NCBI GenBank assembly: GCA_024704765.1
Contig: JAKMXF010000055.1
Location: 504,353 to 568,352 of the forward strand
Reading direction: 5' to 3'
Source of the DNA: Oopsacas minuta
Lineage: Eukaryota > Animalia > Porifera
DNA length: 64,000 nt
Made by a program: the position numbers and the translations under genes. The notes beneath the pieces were generated by a model. That model saw nothing but the letters and a program-made list of their open reading frames with translations. It did no database searches and was not told the DNA's origin. Shown piece after piece: positions 25,691 through 40,473 of this stretch (positions within the stretch are counted from its first letter, which is position 1; each line of letters begins with the position of its first letter).

Positions 25691-28600
25691 CGGAGTTAGA
25701 ATAGTAAACTAGCCAAGATTTACTAGAAGAGAGTGAATAGGAGTATGTTGTTAAAACCGAAATTATTATTCAAGAGGAGCCGAAATCAATAATGAACCTA
25801 ACTCTGAAGCTAGCCCTTGAAATTAGAATAAATTAGATTATTCAAGTAATACCCAATTACTCTTTAATCGAGGTTATATGGCAACAATGGGGATTTATAT
25901 CACTAATGGATCCGCTATGAATTCAATTTTGATATCCATGCCACTTCCCAATTCTGAAATTGCTGATACGAGTATATTACTGAAGACGATAATCCTCCTG
26001 AAGAACCTTTATATGATGGATAGTACGCTTGATAGAAACCTGAAGAAGCAATCCCTAAGAATCTAACTCCCTTTATAGTATAATTCGAACAAGCGCAAGA
26101 GAAAAGTATTTGAGAACAGCACACAATCAACAATAAATTTATGACAAAAAATGTACCAATATATAAAGAAATTACAGGGAAAATGATATCATAGGTGTCC
26201 CTATTAACTCTGACGATCGAACTCACACTGACAAACGATAAAGCCATGTGGAATATTTGAAATAGAAGCAGATAAATTGTAAATCTCTACAGGGTTAGAA
26301 TTATGCCTCCCACCACTTTGTTCTGAACTGATAGTAGCTCCAGGATCAAAAAAATGACCATTAATGGCAAATACATTCTTCATAACGATCAGATAGTAAA
26401 TGGGATTTTGAAGAGCAAGGTAAAATAGATTTCCAGGCATCTTGATGAAACGAAGCCTTTCAATATAGCCCAATTGAGGAGATTCATAGGCATGTATCTT
26501 TAACTGTTTTCAATGTAGTATAAATTATCATGAGCTTGTAATTGTATTTCCCCATTGTCACTATATCTAGAAGCCGCGAACATGGTTTACATAAAAGTGC
26601 ACAGTCCAGCAGTGAGGTAAGTATTGATGAGCCTTTAAACAATGTCGTTTATACAGTTGATTACTCTCGAAAGTAACGGTTGTTTTCGATGGTCATTTTC
26701 GTAAGACCGATGAGAATGTGAAAGAACTAGTGGTGGTACTAATTCGATTGGAGATTGCTTCCATCGAAAATTGGGATGATTAACAACATAATTTGATTAG
26801 GAAGCAAAGTCAGATATTAAGCTATCATAAGGTCTAGCATTTGTAGGTTTTGGTATAGAGATCTATATTTCGCTAGAGGTAATATAGACAAGTGCGTTTG
26901 CTCTGTGCTTGTTTAATCCAAAAAAGAAGTGCTACAACACTAAAGTCAATCTGATTTTCTTAGGAATTCCAATATCAAATAGTATAAGAATCGATGGGCA
27001 ATTCGACTTATCTAACATAATGTTGTAGGTTTCAGGAGCCTGCACTATTGCAATCACAAAATGTCTTGGTACTCAGTTTGGCATTGGTCAGTACTGAAAC
27101 TTCCCAATCACTAAAACTATACTCACGTACATCTTTAGTAACTGTTGACGACCATCGAGTTGGAATTTCAGCCTTGTAATCAATTCATATTGACTATTTG
27201 TGACAAATACTAAGTAATTTATGGATATCAAACAAAGTCTAAATGGTGTATATGCAAGGCAGATTTGCTAATTGAGCTGACTGGATCAAATATTCTCCGA
27301 AGAAGAACCATCTTCCATCCAAAGCAGCATTTACGCCTCCTCCCTATAAGATGACTCCATCTATATGAAGTATCCTAGCGAATTCCAAATAATCCTTCTT
27401 ACCTGAACCTAGGTGTCCAAGTCTTGTAGATCTCGAACAGTAAATTGCTAAGAATCTTATCATCATGATTGCGAACTTTTTGAACGACTGTAGTTAGAGC
27501 AATTTGTCTATTAGTGTCAAGAGAAGAGTGTAGCCTTAACACAAGTTCAGATCAATTCGAAGTCGCTTTTTTATCTTCAATCTCTACAACGCGTTTCGGA
27601 GATAATAACAAGCGAATATATTTGAATGGCCTCTTTCTTGAACATTTCCTGCGAAATTGCGCCCATTTCTCAGCTACATCACGAGGAATTTTATGGAATG
27701 ATGAAATTATTTGGAAAAGATGTCTAAGAGTAATAGCAATATAAAGAAATTTCATTACTCTGGGATTTGTATATTCCTACAATAATACATAGTATTTATC
27801 ATATTAACTAATTTCATGTTCAGTAATATATAGTGATGGAGGACAATAATTATGAATTGAAGCAATAACTTTCTAAAAAATAATGATAAGTGATGTATTC
27901 ACCATTCTTTGGCATTGATTTCAATGATTTATTATTTGAACAATGTAGTATAATAAATAGTTTAAGTTATTTTGATATCCGTATTCGTAAGATAATACCA
28001 CTGTTAACTATCACATTTATTATTAATTGGAATCGAGTGATAATAACCATATCTTTATATACTATACCATAATAAAATATAATTCTTTAGCCTAGATTCA
28101 ATATTTCATAAGTCATAATGTAAACTTTGTTGTTATTTCATAGAGATAATGCGCAGAAAACCATATAATTAAACGCAACAACATGTAATCACACCAATAT
28201 ATGGATATACAGAGGGACACGCTTATAACGAACAGTATTAATAGAATTAATGGCTATAACGAATATATTTTAACAGTATATTTCATTCCATAGGGATTAA
28301 TTAAATCTCTACACGCATATAACGAAGCATTCTTAAATTCACATTCAAAACACACTTATGAGCTTATTACACCCTAGATCAAGATCTTTATTGTTCTAAC
28401 TAGGTAAACAATTAGAAAAGTGGTTCTATGGGTAATGACTCCTTTACAACCAAAGTCACAATATATTTCCGTTTACCGCATATAAGAATTCAAGCTAACA
28501 GGGAATCAAATGTGACCGTCCGAATTAGTTGGTTATATAAGAGTTACGATTGTATGAACTATTTTGAATACAATTTATATGTTTCTAAAAACAGTATTAC

Positions 28601-31600
28601 CTGCAATTTTAGAGAGATCAAATTTACCAAATAATGCCCGCTGGACCGAGGTCTATGGAACGAGGATTTTGCTCAAAAAAATATGTCTCTCGCGAAATTA
28701 TATCTACAATAGTAATAATTTCAATATTCATAAGACAATATTTACATTTCTTCTATGCAGATTAATAATCGTTATGATATCTAAAGGGAGTAAATCACAA
28801 ATATCGTAAGAAATAACATTTCACTGGTCATAGCCATTAATTATATTACTTCTAGTATAGTATATTAGAGAGGCAATCAAAATAGATTCGATATAATTAA
28901 ATTAGCACATTTTTTGCTCGAGTAAATGTAGTTTTGATAGATAATACTCAATAGTAGTCATGTGATCCTACTATTCTTGGTTCGGAATGAGGTAATCTAT
29001 TTCATTAAATGAGCGATATGCAGTTCTCAATCTCACGATAATTTAAGCTCTGATAAGCGATCACTGGTGCATCTCTGATGTCATGTAAATTTCAAGTTAT
29101 CTAAGGATGTATATGGGTTACCGTGAGAACACGATTACAATCCCGACTGACATCTCATTCCACAGGATTTTGATGGAGATTCCCAGTAGTTTTCTCATAA
29201 GCATTCCAATATAACAACTCTCATAGAAAGAACATAATTCTAATTCCGAATGCAACAATGAAAAATGAAGGTATTTATCTCAAGAGAATGCACAAGGCGT
29301 ATTACAAGAGAACACAGGGATTTCTATAGGTTTCCCATACCCACGGCAACCCTGATGTTGTCACATAAGATACAATATTTACAATAATAATCAGCCAGCA
29401 AGTTATCGAGTTATATTCGATACCATGGATGTCCAGGGGCGTCGCCAGCATTTGGCTAACTGAGGAGCTGGGCCTGGCGACAAGATTTTCGTGCGGTCAA
29501 GTTCACTTGGCATATCAATTAAAGAATACAACATACTAGCCTATTATTGCAGAAAATTCTAGGAATTGGTGCTTTGGGTGAAAATATAGGTAAATCAGAA
29601 ATGAAGACAGATTATTAAGGTGATTAATAAGGTACTAACAATCAAACACAAAAATGTTGGCAAACATGGCCTGTATACCTAATATGTCTATAATGAAGGG
29701 AAAAACTGAAGTAGTCATCCAATGACAAATCAGTTATAGTAAAACAAATCCAGCATCCTAAGAAATATAACATGTCCAGCGGACAGACTGGGAGTGCAAC
29801 CAGGATAATTTGTTTGTGTTATAAATAATCGTATTTAATATGGCTAATCATATGATATATCATGTAAATATAGATTTGAAAATGTAAGGTTTGAAATCTA
29901 CATACTCGAAAACCCCTGAGTAGGAGTTAAGACGAAATTTAAAGAGTGATTTTGAAATATTTCAAAAGGGTGTGAAAGTATGTTTGATCATTTGATAGAT
30001 CTATGAATTAGTTACTTTCAAGCACTGAAATTCTCAAAATAGGACTATATGTAGCAATTAACCTGACAATATGTTAAAACCTAATCTCTTTCTCGCTTTT
30101 GTATTACATTGAAAGATGTGATATATGATTAATCATCAAAAATGTGTGAAATATTTACCTTAAAATGATTCAGCCCGAGGCAAATCCATGACCTAGTGTA
30201 TATGTACCCAATTTTCATTTGAATTTGATTGCTAGATTTCGCATGGCCGCGCGGACAGACTTACGAATGGTTGGGCACGGTCGTCGCACAAAGTCCATGC
30301 AATTAGGGCATCTACCTATAGGAGATGGACAAAAATATCGAAACATATAATACGACTCATATACAGAGTGAGAAACAAGGGTCTCGAAGAAGTGATGCGA
30401 AAATGAACCAAACTTGAAATCAAGAAAATAAATTTCAACCAAACATGTAAACGTAAACAAACAATTACCAAACAAATATAGGAAAGACGAAACAAGTTCC
30501 CTCAAAAATTATTAATCTGCTGAAGAGTACAGAATGGATCGAGTGGGACGACTATTCAAAAAAAGGGGTTGGGGCTTGAGCCGATCCTGTGGATTTTATA
30601 TTCTTGGCCAATATCCATATATAACTCGATTGCCGCGATTTTTTTAGTCACATCAATCCAGCAGATAATTATATATAACCAACTTCCAATACCCTTGTAA
30701 TACATATCATCGATATCTGATTACAGGTGTCAAATTTCTGCGCATGGAATCAAAATCACATCCTCTAAGTAGTGATAAATAAATGATCGTTCCTAGCTAC
30801 TTTAATCGAAGGTATGGAGATAAAAATAAAATGGTAAACGAATTAGAACTAGTGCACTTATTAAAATAAGATTTCAAAAATCGAGAAATCAGAATATTTG
30901 CACTTCTGTAATAGCGGAGGAGTGTTCATTAAAGTGAATTTTTCAAATAATACTAGCGTAAATTATTTCATAAACTGATAATAGTATTGAAATTTCATCA
31001 AAGATACCAACTTCCGGACAGCACAAAATGCCCTTGTAAGCCAAAAAATCATCCCGTGGTGTCTTCAAATCAAAACTGGAATTTTAAAATATACATAGTA
31101 ATTGAATAAATGTAATCTCGGAGGTTTCGTCCACAGTATGCAGGATCTTACCATTTGACGGATACCAGAATCACTAAATCTATGAGAGAAGCAAACAAAA
31201 TACTAAATTTATTATTGTGATGTATATGTATGTGTGGCACATATCGAAGTTAAAAGTTTTAGGTTACTTAAAACATATTTGACAAGCAGTTTTCTAATTT
31301 CCATCAATCTAAGTGGACGAAGCTTATCTGATTAACATAGGGACGGCCTGGCCAGAGCTAGTCAAATTACTATGACAACGCGCAAAAATGGGCCTAAAAA
31401 GGGTAAAATAACTGCTACATAACACTGAAATTTCAAAATTACCACACTGTAACAGAATATGGGCGAAGTGTTACATTTGCACCATATAGGAACACGCTAA
31501 TCTTACCACTTCGTTTAAAACAATTCGCTCACTCAAATCGAGATTTCAGCAACTCATTGACTTCATAGATTTGAACATTTTCCACTATATTCAGTTAATC

Positions 31601-33956
31601 AGAGACTCTAGGACCTATTTATATAACAACTCCAACGCTCGATTTTCAATGATATTTGGTTTTCAAAATATGCACTAAGGCTGTTGATTTGTATATACAA
31701 ATTTGTAACAATTTTCCAACTGAAAAATCCAAATATACATTCATCATACCGATAATTACTTCCAGTTTTCCTGATTTAGAAGAAAATGGTTTATTATCAT
31801 TGAACTCACAGCTTATAGATCTAGATTTTAATAGTGTAGGAATAATGTTATCTAAAGTAGGGATTATTTCCCATTACCTGCAAATAGAGGTTCGTATCTA
31901 TCAAAATCACCATAGATGGACCAAAGTTGACTAAAATTAAAGAAGTTCTCAATTTATAGAGACCCCACATATAGATGTTGCACTGTACGCGTGTAATTGG
32001 ATGGCGCTAATAAAAAAATAGTTATGATCATGCGCGGTATTGGATATCATGTTGGTGGTGTGGATACAGTCATCAGCTCAAATTTCAAATCATTTAGGCG
32101 AATATCTGTTAGTGTCCAATGAATTTGATACTTCCTATGGGAAATGTATGTATGCATTGAATGTCAGTAAATATCCCGTAAAATATTCATGAAATGGTCC
32201 TTTACGTGCGATATTAGGGTTCAGAATAAAAGGTTACACAGAGAATCCATTTAGGCTTTCGAAAGTATTATTCCAGTCGCAATATAAATCATGGGGATAA
32301 TGTACTGCCACCGAATGGATATCTAATGTTAAAGCACATTTCCAGCAAAAAAATTCTGATGAATTCTTAATGAACGCCTCGAACCGGAAGAGTAGAAAAT
32401 TGCAGTTCGCAGTATTATATTCTATGCAAATAATTTACATATCATAAACATCACATACTAGGTACAAACTGACAAAAATCAAATGCTACTCCTATGCACA
32501 CTAAGAATTCAACAAAATGAGTTTTTCTGGACACAAATTAGTCATGCATTGATCCCAATATTCTTCAAATCAATAATCTAATGCATTAAAAAATTGTTCA
32601 TTTCAGATTTTAGATACGAAGCAACTCATGAGTAAATATATCATCAAGGAACAAACGAAATTACCTAATCATATTCTAATTTGACAAATTTCGAAAATGT
32701 AAGAATATGTTATTCATCGAGGCAAGTAGTAATAAGATTCAGAGCCGATTATGGTAGTTTGAACCTTGGGCTAATTTCAGTTAGTTGCCCTGTTCAGAAC
32801 ATCATTCTTAAATATTCGAAAATATGTAAACAGTTTGCATTGTAGGTGGTTGATCAGTAATGTTGAATGTAACATAATCAGTCTATCTTCAATCTTTAAT
32901 ACTACATACCGAGACAACATTAAAATATATACGATTACCAACTACATTACTCCCAAATCAGGAATTGGGAGTCAATGCTCATGCAATCAGTTTATGTTCA
33001 ACTAGTGTAGTATTAAATCATTCACTAAACCCAAGTCATAAATATGTACTAAAGGGTTTTTGAATTCTCAAGAGTATTAAAGTATAGTAAGCTCAAGCAT
33101 GCTCTACAAAAACATTCTGATTAGAAATTTTAGGTTATATACTTGCGAAATTGCTATATAAACTCGAGGATGCTGTGACAAAATGCCATAAAGTGGGTCA
33201 TTAATTTCAGAGAAATTACAAAATTTGTATTATTACAAGATAAAAGTGCACAATTCTACCCTTCAAACTAAGTTGCTGAAAATTGGATGGATATATACAA
33301 ATATTAGATCACATCCATCTTGAATAATGAGCAAGGATACCAGAGTCATATATAAGGATAGCAAAACTGTCAATGTCGATTTCAAAGTTAGATTCCTGAC
33401 AAATACAATATACGAAATTAAGGGGCATTTGAGATTATACTTTAAGAGATGAGGTAACTAATTATAACACATTTGCCAACCAAGAGGAATGCTGGATTAG
33501 TCCTGGATTTAGATTTGATCCAATATAGATATATCTAGAGAATATCTTGAACATTTGTGGAGTAATTTCGCATAAAAGAGTAAAAACTCAAATTATTTCC
33601 ACATAAAACAAGTGATGAAGGGATTTTGTGAAAATTATATAAGAAAACAGTTACAAGGGGGGTGGAAAATGTGGTCACATTCAAATAAGTATATGCGTGT
33701 TGGTTATATCAATGCCAGATAAAGATTAGGGCCGCCCAATATTTGGGTTAGCATCTGCATTAAGCCGGCGCTACTGAGATTCATACCCAAACAAGGCGCA
33801 GGAGCATAGTGTGACTACAAGAGACCATAATAATTCTTTGGACAGACAAGTGACAAAAGATTTATGAAATTTGATTTTGTGAAATTGATACAATTAGTGT
33901 TGAATATATTGGGAAGCACAAAGTTACAATCCTTAAATGAATCGCCCAATTCATAA

Positions 33957-36259
33957 CACAGGTCAACAAAATTTAACTTCATGGTCTCATCAAGTAATAG
34001 ATTGACATTTTCTAAGCTAAACTTTTACGCTGAATTCAAATTTACTTTCAGATTCGTTCCAGCACGTCCAGTGTTTTTCCATCTACAAGTTAATGATTTT
34101 TATGTATTCCTAAATTTTTCCTATTATTTTATGGTAGTGGCTGTCTTTTTGTCTTCAAAAATGATAGCCATCTGAAATAAATCAACGTATCGATGTTTTA
34201 GATTAATGCCAAGATAATATCGGTTATCATCCTGGCTCTCACGTAGAATTATTCACATTCATGCATGTATCAACTACTTACAAACTAAAAGGAAATACAT
34301 ATCCATCTAGAAGTATAAACGTAGCTAACTAAATTAAAAGTGCTGAGAGTACGACTTCCTTTTATATATCCTATTGGGATTATCCCTGAAGAGCCTCCAA
34401 CAGTAATCGGACATCATGTCCTCATTCCAGAAACCTTGGTATCGGGTTTTCATCTCCTGTATGTCTTGGTGGAATCTCTCACCCTGTTCATCACTTACAG
34501 CACCAAGGTTCTCAGGGAGAAAATCAAGGTGAGAGTGCAAGAAGTGAAGTTTTAGCGACATGCGCAGCCCATCTTGTATGCGTTAAGCAAGGTTTCTACT
34601 CCTTCTCTGTAGTTGGACGACTTCTTGTTGCCCAAAAGCTTTTCACAAACCCATTTGAAAGAATTCCAAGCACACATTTCTAATTCGGATAATGTCATCT
34701 TGAAATCTGGATATCTGAATACTTGTCTGATTTCTGGTCCTACAAATACTCCCTCTTTTAACTTGGCCCTCCCTTAGTTTCGAAAATTTGCCAACCAAAT
34801 GCAGAAATCCTGCGGAATTTGTTAAGCCCATTGTTTTAACGAATGTTTTCATTAATCCAAGTTTAATATGAAGTGGGGGTAAGAAAACTTTGTTTGGATC
34901 TACCAATGGCGAATGCTATAAATTGGTTTTCCCATTTCATAGGTTCTCTTCGGCCAATCACATTTTTTTAATGTCCACCAGTTGCCCGGCTGTCCCATAG
35001 ACATAGGAAACAACAATACTTGTAAACCTTGTTGCAAGCCCATCAATAGCCCGATTATCTTAAGATCCCCGCAGATATTCCATATACGTGTTCTATACTG
35101 TATTGCCTCCAAAACTTCCAGCAAATTGGCGAAGGTATCTTTGAGATAGACGGAGTGAACAATTGGAACGCAGTGAGCAATTGGAACGCCAGGCTTTTTA
35201 GATTTCCGTTATGCAACAGAACAGCTTTCAAACTGCGTTTTGACGAGTCGGTGAAAAGACGCCAATCAGAGGAAGAATGTTCTTGTAATAGGTTTCCATA
35301 GAGCCTTCGATATCATTACAATAGCACACTGGACCATCAGTGGTGTAGTAATGAGCGAGATTGAAATTTTTCGCTTGCGGTAGTGGGATACTAGGACATC
35401 TTTGTCGAGTAGGTTTTTCTGTTTGAGGTGGATGCTATGAGTTCAGCTTTGTCTTTAGATAAGTCTAGATCCCTGACCAGGTCATTCATTTCTCCAAGTG
35501 TAAATGTTTGTGGCTCTAGTAATTCATCTTCCGGGACATAATTAGCATCTGTAGAATCTGCATGAACATCTTCCACCATATCAGACCCAATTTTAATTTG
35601 CTGTGGCTGGACAATTGGGATTGGTAATGAGATGTCGTGTGGAATTGGCCTGCGAGCAGAATCCAAGTCTGGGCAAACAAGAGCGTGCTTATTCTTGGCT
35701 GAGAATCCTGTAATGTCGATAAGGCAAAAGTAATAATCATCAAGGTGATTTTTCTGTTCCCTCCAGACCATAAGTATTGCAAATGGCATTGAAACTTTCC
35801 TTTTGTTCTACCAATCACGTAGCCCACTTGAACAAGAAGTGCATATAACATGTGGTGCCCACGACTTGTCTTGGTCACCAAGTGGACATTCGAATTACAA
35901 TTTGTATATGTTCTTTAATTGATTTGTGATAGGTCGTCTTTGTGATTTTACGCAAAAAAGACCACAAACGTAACAGAAATTGTTGGGATGAGTGCTACAA
36001 TTACGATGCATGTTTATAATTTGATTTGCTTGAATTCAAAAAAGTAAAGTCATTTATATTCCAGATAATTGAATCAAAATAGGCATGCTCATATAGCAAT
36101 TTAGTATCTAGGCAATGCTATACTATTGAAAAATGGATTTTGGATTTCAGAATAACCAGACGTGCTATAGAAATTCTGTTTGCAGATTCGAGTTCAGCAT
36201 TCAAATGTATACTAAGATAAATGTATGTGATCTCTGATGAGAAATCTTGTTGAGTTGTG
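33957..36259 (-). mobile_element. Chapaev3-like (CMC superfamily) DNA transposon, 2303 bp
   Basis: TIRs CACAGGTCAACAAAATTT and CACAACTCAACAAGATTT (15/18 match), with a 3-bp TAA TSD at 33954-33956 and 36260-36262. Confidence 0.85.
34334..36011 (-). pseudogene. Chapaev3-like transposase, disrupted
   Basis: N-terminal CSTHPNNFCYVCG...DQDKSWAPHVICTSC Zn finger; WREQKNHLDDYYFC; PPLHIKLGLMKTFVK; LHSHLDF..VSDEQGERFHQDI..RYQG. Contains in-frame stops and frameshifts. Confidence 0.85.
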
Positions 36260-37014
36260 TAATTAAACAAAGTCCAAGGCATTAGGCTTTTATGCAGCGA
36301 CCTAGTAATTGACGAGGCTAAAGACTAGAAAAATTGAAAACAATATTATAGATTGCTTTCAAAGTACTCCTTCGGAACAATTCTAAAGGGATTCAACTTG
36401 ACGAATTCAAAATTTGCCTATTGTTTAACATTTGGCCCTTAAAGTCGCAGTATAAGGACAAAATTAATGTGTCGTCTTGGGAAAATGTGATTGCTAGGTT
36501 CTTAAATTTTGTAAGATTCACATATTGTGCTAATTCTTGGACATCGATCAAAATTTACCTTCAAAGGTCCATGATTCAGAAATTAAGAAGGTACTGTGAA
36601 AAGGGTTGCGTCATCTTCACACAACAAGCATAAGACACTTTGTTCATCAAAGAAAAAAGGATCTCCAAATTTTAATGGACGGAAGGGCATTATGAAATAC
36701 TGCACCACCTATGCCTGTTTCTAAGCACCAGAACCGATTTCAGCCTATAGTAGATATAGGGTATTACAGTCACATATAGTTTGGATACCAGTTAGTAGTT
36801 GGTGATCAACGTTATCTACAGTCCATTAAGATTCTTGGAACGCATGTTTGATTAAAATATGATATCAAATAAATTTACAAAACCGAACTATCCAATAACT
36901 TTATTTCTAATCCAAAATGAACCTAAATTGAAATCAATTTCTTAGACTTTCAGTACAGGCCACATTATAGCATATATTATATATGAAATTATAGAAATAA
37001 CAAATACAACATAC

Positions 37015-37290
37015 CAAGAGTCGAAATTCTTTTCATCATTTCTGAGAAACCATTAGCATCACGAAATTGAGATAACGGTAATTGAGGAAATGAGGAAGAC
37101 CGGATAATAAATTCAAACTGTTGAATATCATCGAATATACTTAGAGGAATTATCAAAGAGTTATAATATTGCTCGGAGTGGCAAAGTGAAATGAGAAGTG
37201 ATCTAATAGGAAATATGAGACAAGATGGAAAATACCTCTCGGTTAAATGGGTTGGTAGAATATCGAGTAGAATGTTCAAATTTTCAATAT
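37015..37290 (-). CDS. HTT: HTT exon (phase 1 to 1), IENLNILLDIL...MMKRISTL(G)
   Basis: Acceptor ttttgtag, donor gtatgt, 276 nt open. PIRSLLISL resembles LLRNIIISL, and FPQLPLSQFRD resembles FPEIPVEFLQE. Splices in frame to 14234. Confidence 0.9.
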
Positions 37291-39120
37291 CTACAAAATG
37301 TGGGATATATAAACAACATAGATATGGATCAAATATATTTAATATTGGGCTGTAAGTGCAAATCTATTCAATGAAAATTATGATAAGTTGACACCTATTG
37401 GAACAATCAAACTTAAATGTGGTCAGTAAGCATTGTTAAGGTTAGAACTTGGTGATTATTGGAAATTTCAAAAAGGGCAGGAACGTTGGGTAATAATTTC
37501 AGTAATATCCAAAGCTACTATAACTGTAAGTTCATCATATATTCCCAACTCTGATACATACCTCGCGAAATCCCATTTGCACTAGCTCGTAGATTTCAAG
37601 GCACCAGCTCCCTATCTCATGGACTTTATCTCTCAGAGTTTACGCATCTTGGTTAAAGCGCATATACTACTTTAGAATTATTTGATAATGTATAAGTTTT
37701 CAAATAATTTCTAGATATAACTGTGTCTAGATTTCCTTTGTCAGAGACACAATTGCTGCCGAGATCGTCTGCCTAATCATAGGTTATATTTTGTTTGTTG
37801 AAACAATTATATTTGTCAGCCAAGTGGTTGAATAGTTTTGTCTTCCATATGTCTGTATCGAGTATTTGGTTATAATTTCAATATTTAGCGGCATTAAATA
37901 TTTCAGTGAAGCAAGTAAATGCTAGTGCACAATTGATAACACATCAATATTTGTAGAAATAGTACTAAAATTAGCAATATATATTTCATAATGTGTAATT
38001 TCTGAATTTGTACGCAATGATGATATATTTACCTCAGAATATATATCCAACCAGAACAACTCTTTTGAAGAATATCAGCTAATATCTGAGCCAGCAAATC
38101 ATAAAAAGGAATATTTTGCATTCATTAGGGTTAGAGCCTGGAGAATTTGAAAGAGTGGATTGAAAGTTCTAACCTTGTAACAAAATGACAAATTTTATCT
38201 ACCGTTCACAACGTTTTAGCAATTAATCTCATCACATTTTGTAAGCGTAAATATTTTCATGAAAATTTGTTTAAGCAGTAAAATATTATTCCAGTCAATC
38301 TTGAAGCTACAGGGCCTGAAATGGCTCATTCGATCGTCCAGTCACTTATCCTCCGCATAATAAGTTAATATGGCCAAATTGTGCGCTGGGGAGATAATTG
38401 TTAAGTTTAAGTAGAAAACTTTAAAAATTTGGATTGAAGAAAATCCCATTGGTAGTAATATTCCACCCTACAAAGTCCAAATATAATTTTAGCGAGACTT
38501 TGTGAGATTGATAAACTCATTCATTTGAGCACTGATTAGAACTTTCAAGATCACATCCATTATGAGGTAATCTGGTATGCCGAATCTATTTAGGTCATTT
38601 TGAAGTTCTTAAAAATGTGGCTTTGTGGTTTACGCACCAGTAAATGGTGACAGCAGCATAAGTTTTGACATATATTTTTGAATTTATAAGTAGAAATAGA
38701 TGTTTCAGTATCAAACATTTCCAATGCTGCGTGCTAAAGCTCGTTTGAATGATTACTCAGGTATATCTAGATATAGCAACTAAGAAATACATAAACCTAG
38801 AGCATGAAACTATTACATGTCACAAATTCACTCTGCATTCTTTTACGCTTGTTTAGCTTGAATGATTCTACATGATCTTAAGCTTAGTTTCACTGATTTG
38901 CATAAAATTTCGGCTAGGTAGAGATTTACAATTGTAGAGTTTGTTCTATTTCGGGAGTTTAGATGATGTGATTCAAAAGCGAATACAGTATTGCATTGGC
39001 TCGACATGACTTCAAGTAGACGAAAAAAAGAACCTAAAAGCGGAGTTGACTGTATATCAAAACAATATACGAAATTTGTAAAGGGGTCACAAAGAGCCAG
39101 AAATAACTTTATATGCTATA

Positions 39121-40473
39121 CAGTGTGTCAAGATGAAATTGAGACTATGTTTTGACCTAAGTTTCTAAGAGATAATCATTACAAGCCTCGAAATACGAGT
39201 TGATTTATCAAAACGTGTCTATAGACTAATATTTGATCTTAATGTCATTACTCTGGATCACTAACTTCTGACGTTTTGGCATAGATTGCCAATAAGGTTT
39301 CAAAAATTCGGGTTCTATATAATCCCAAATAGAGAGAAGGGTTTCTTCAAATCCACTAAGATTACGAGGGTTCAAATCGATCTGATGTTTGACTAAGCCC
39401 ACAAATTTTCGATCGGGTTTAGATCTAGGCTACAAGCAGGCTATTCCATACAAAATATATCATGACTTTCACGGAAAGTCTTAGCAACCTTTAACCTGTG
39501 GTTTGGATCGTTGTCTTCCTGAAAGATCCAGCCATCAGGGTACAATAGCTGAGCTTGTGTAATCAGACACTAGTTTAGGATGTTCGTATATAATTCTCCG
39601 GTGAGGTTCTGCCTAAAACCTTCAACGGAAAGGTCCCATGAGCAGAAATTGCTAGCCAAACATGTAATTTTGGAATATGTTTGTCACTTGGGTTGACCGC
39701 TAGTTGGTCACCTTTGCACCACAGCCTTATCTGCCACCAGCTAGCCAAATTGACATTTCATCGCTAAAAACAACTCGCTCCCAGTCAGTTTGTTTGTTAT
39801 TCTTAGCCCACACTACTCTTTGTTGTTTGTGTCGATCCGCTAGCATAGAACATTCTTTGCAACCTTGTGGGTGTACCCTCTCCTCTGTAATTCCTTCCTG
39901 ACCGTCTCATGGGATAAACTTTTCTGACGAAGATGATTGAATCGATTGGTCAATTTTCGTATGGACATCTTACGATTCTGATTTGCCAAGCTTACAAGAG
40001 ATCTAGCATCTTTCACATGCAATATTTTCTGTTTTGGTTCCAGATTTCATCTGTATATCACCGCCCTGACGAAATTTGACTAATATGCGGAAAACAGTGC
40101 TCCTCGGGATAGCTGTTCGCTGATGTATTTCGCTACCACTTATAACCCCCGCATCGAATAATTTGCGGAAGAGGTCTCTTCGTTCTAACTCCACTATACT
40201 AATTTGTATTTCGACACAAAAGAGAAATATGAGCCAAAAACTGATATTGGAACAGTCTATAGGAATATAGCAGATATTTTCGGGAATGTGTATTCTCAGT
40301 TACGGACTGATAGGTTATTCGTGTATTCTAGAATCAATTAACTAATGGAAACTTCATATACATGTATATATGAATCAGAAAACAAATGCGTTTCATATCT
40401 AACCATAGCAAATGAAGAATTTCTGAAAATATACACAATTACACGAAAGCCACAATTTCATCTTGACAGACTG
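39121..40473 (-). mobile_element. Tc1-like (DD34E) transposon, full length, defective, 1353 bp
   Basis: TA-flanked TIRs cagtgtgtcaagatgaaattg and cagtctgtcaagatgaaattg. Motifs VVFSDE, FQEDNDP and DLNPIENLW, with 34 residues between the second D and the E. Confidence 0.92.

Noticed and set aside
25900-27400. Possible decayed fibronectin-III or laminin-like gene fragments (CDCNSAGS, NYTIKGVR)
   Set aside because: Motifs are too short and need frameshifts to assemble; not supportable without a search.
28208-28330. pogo/Tigger-like end CAGAGGGACACGCTTATAACGAAC with repeated TATAACGAA
   Set aside because: No matching inverted end found, so no element could be delimited.
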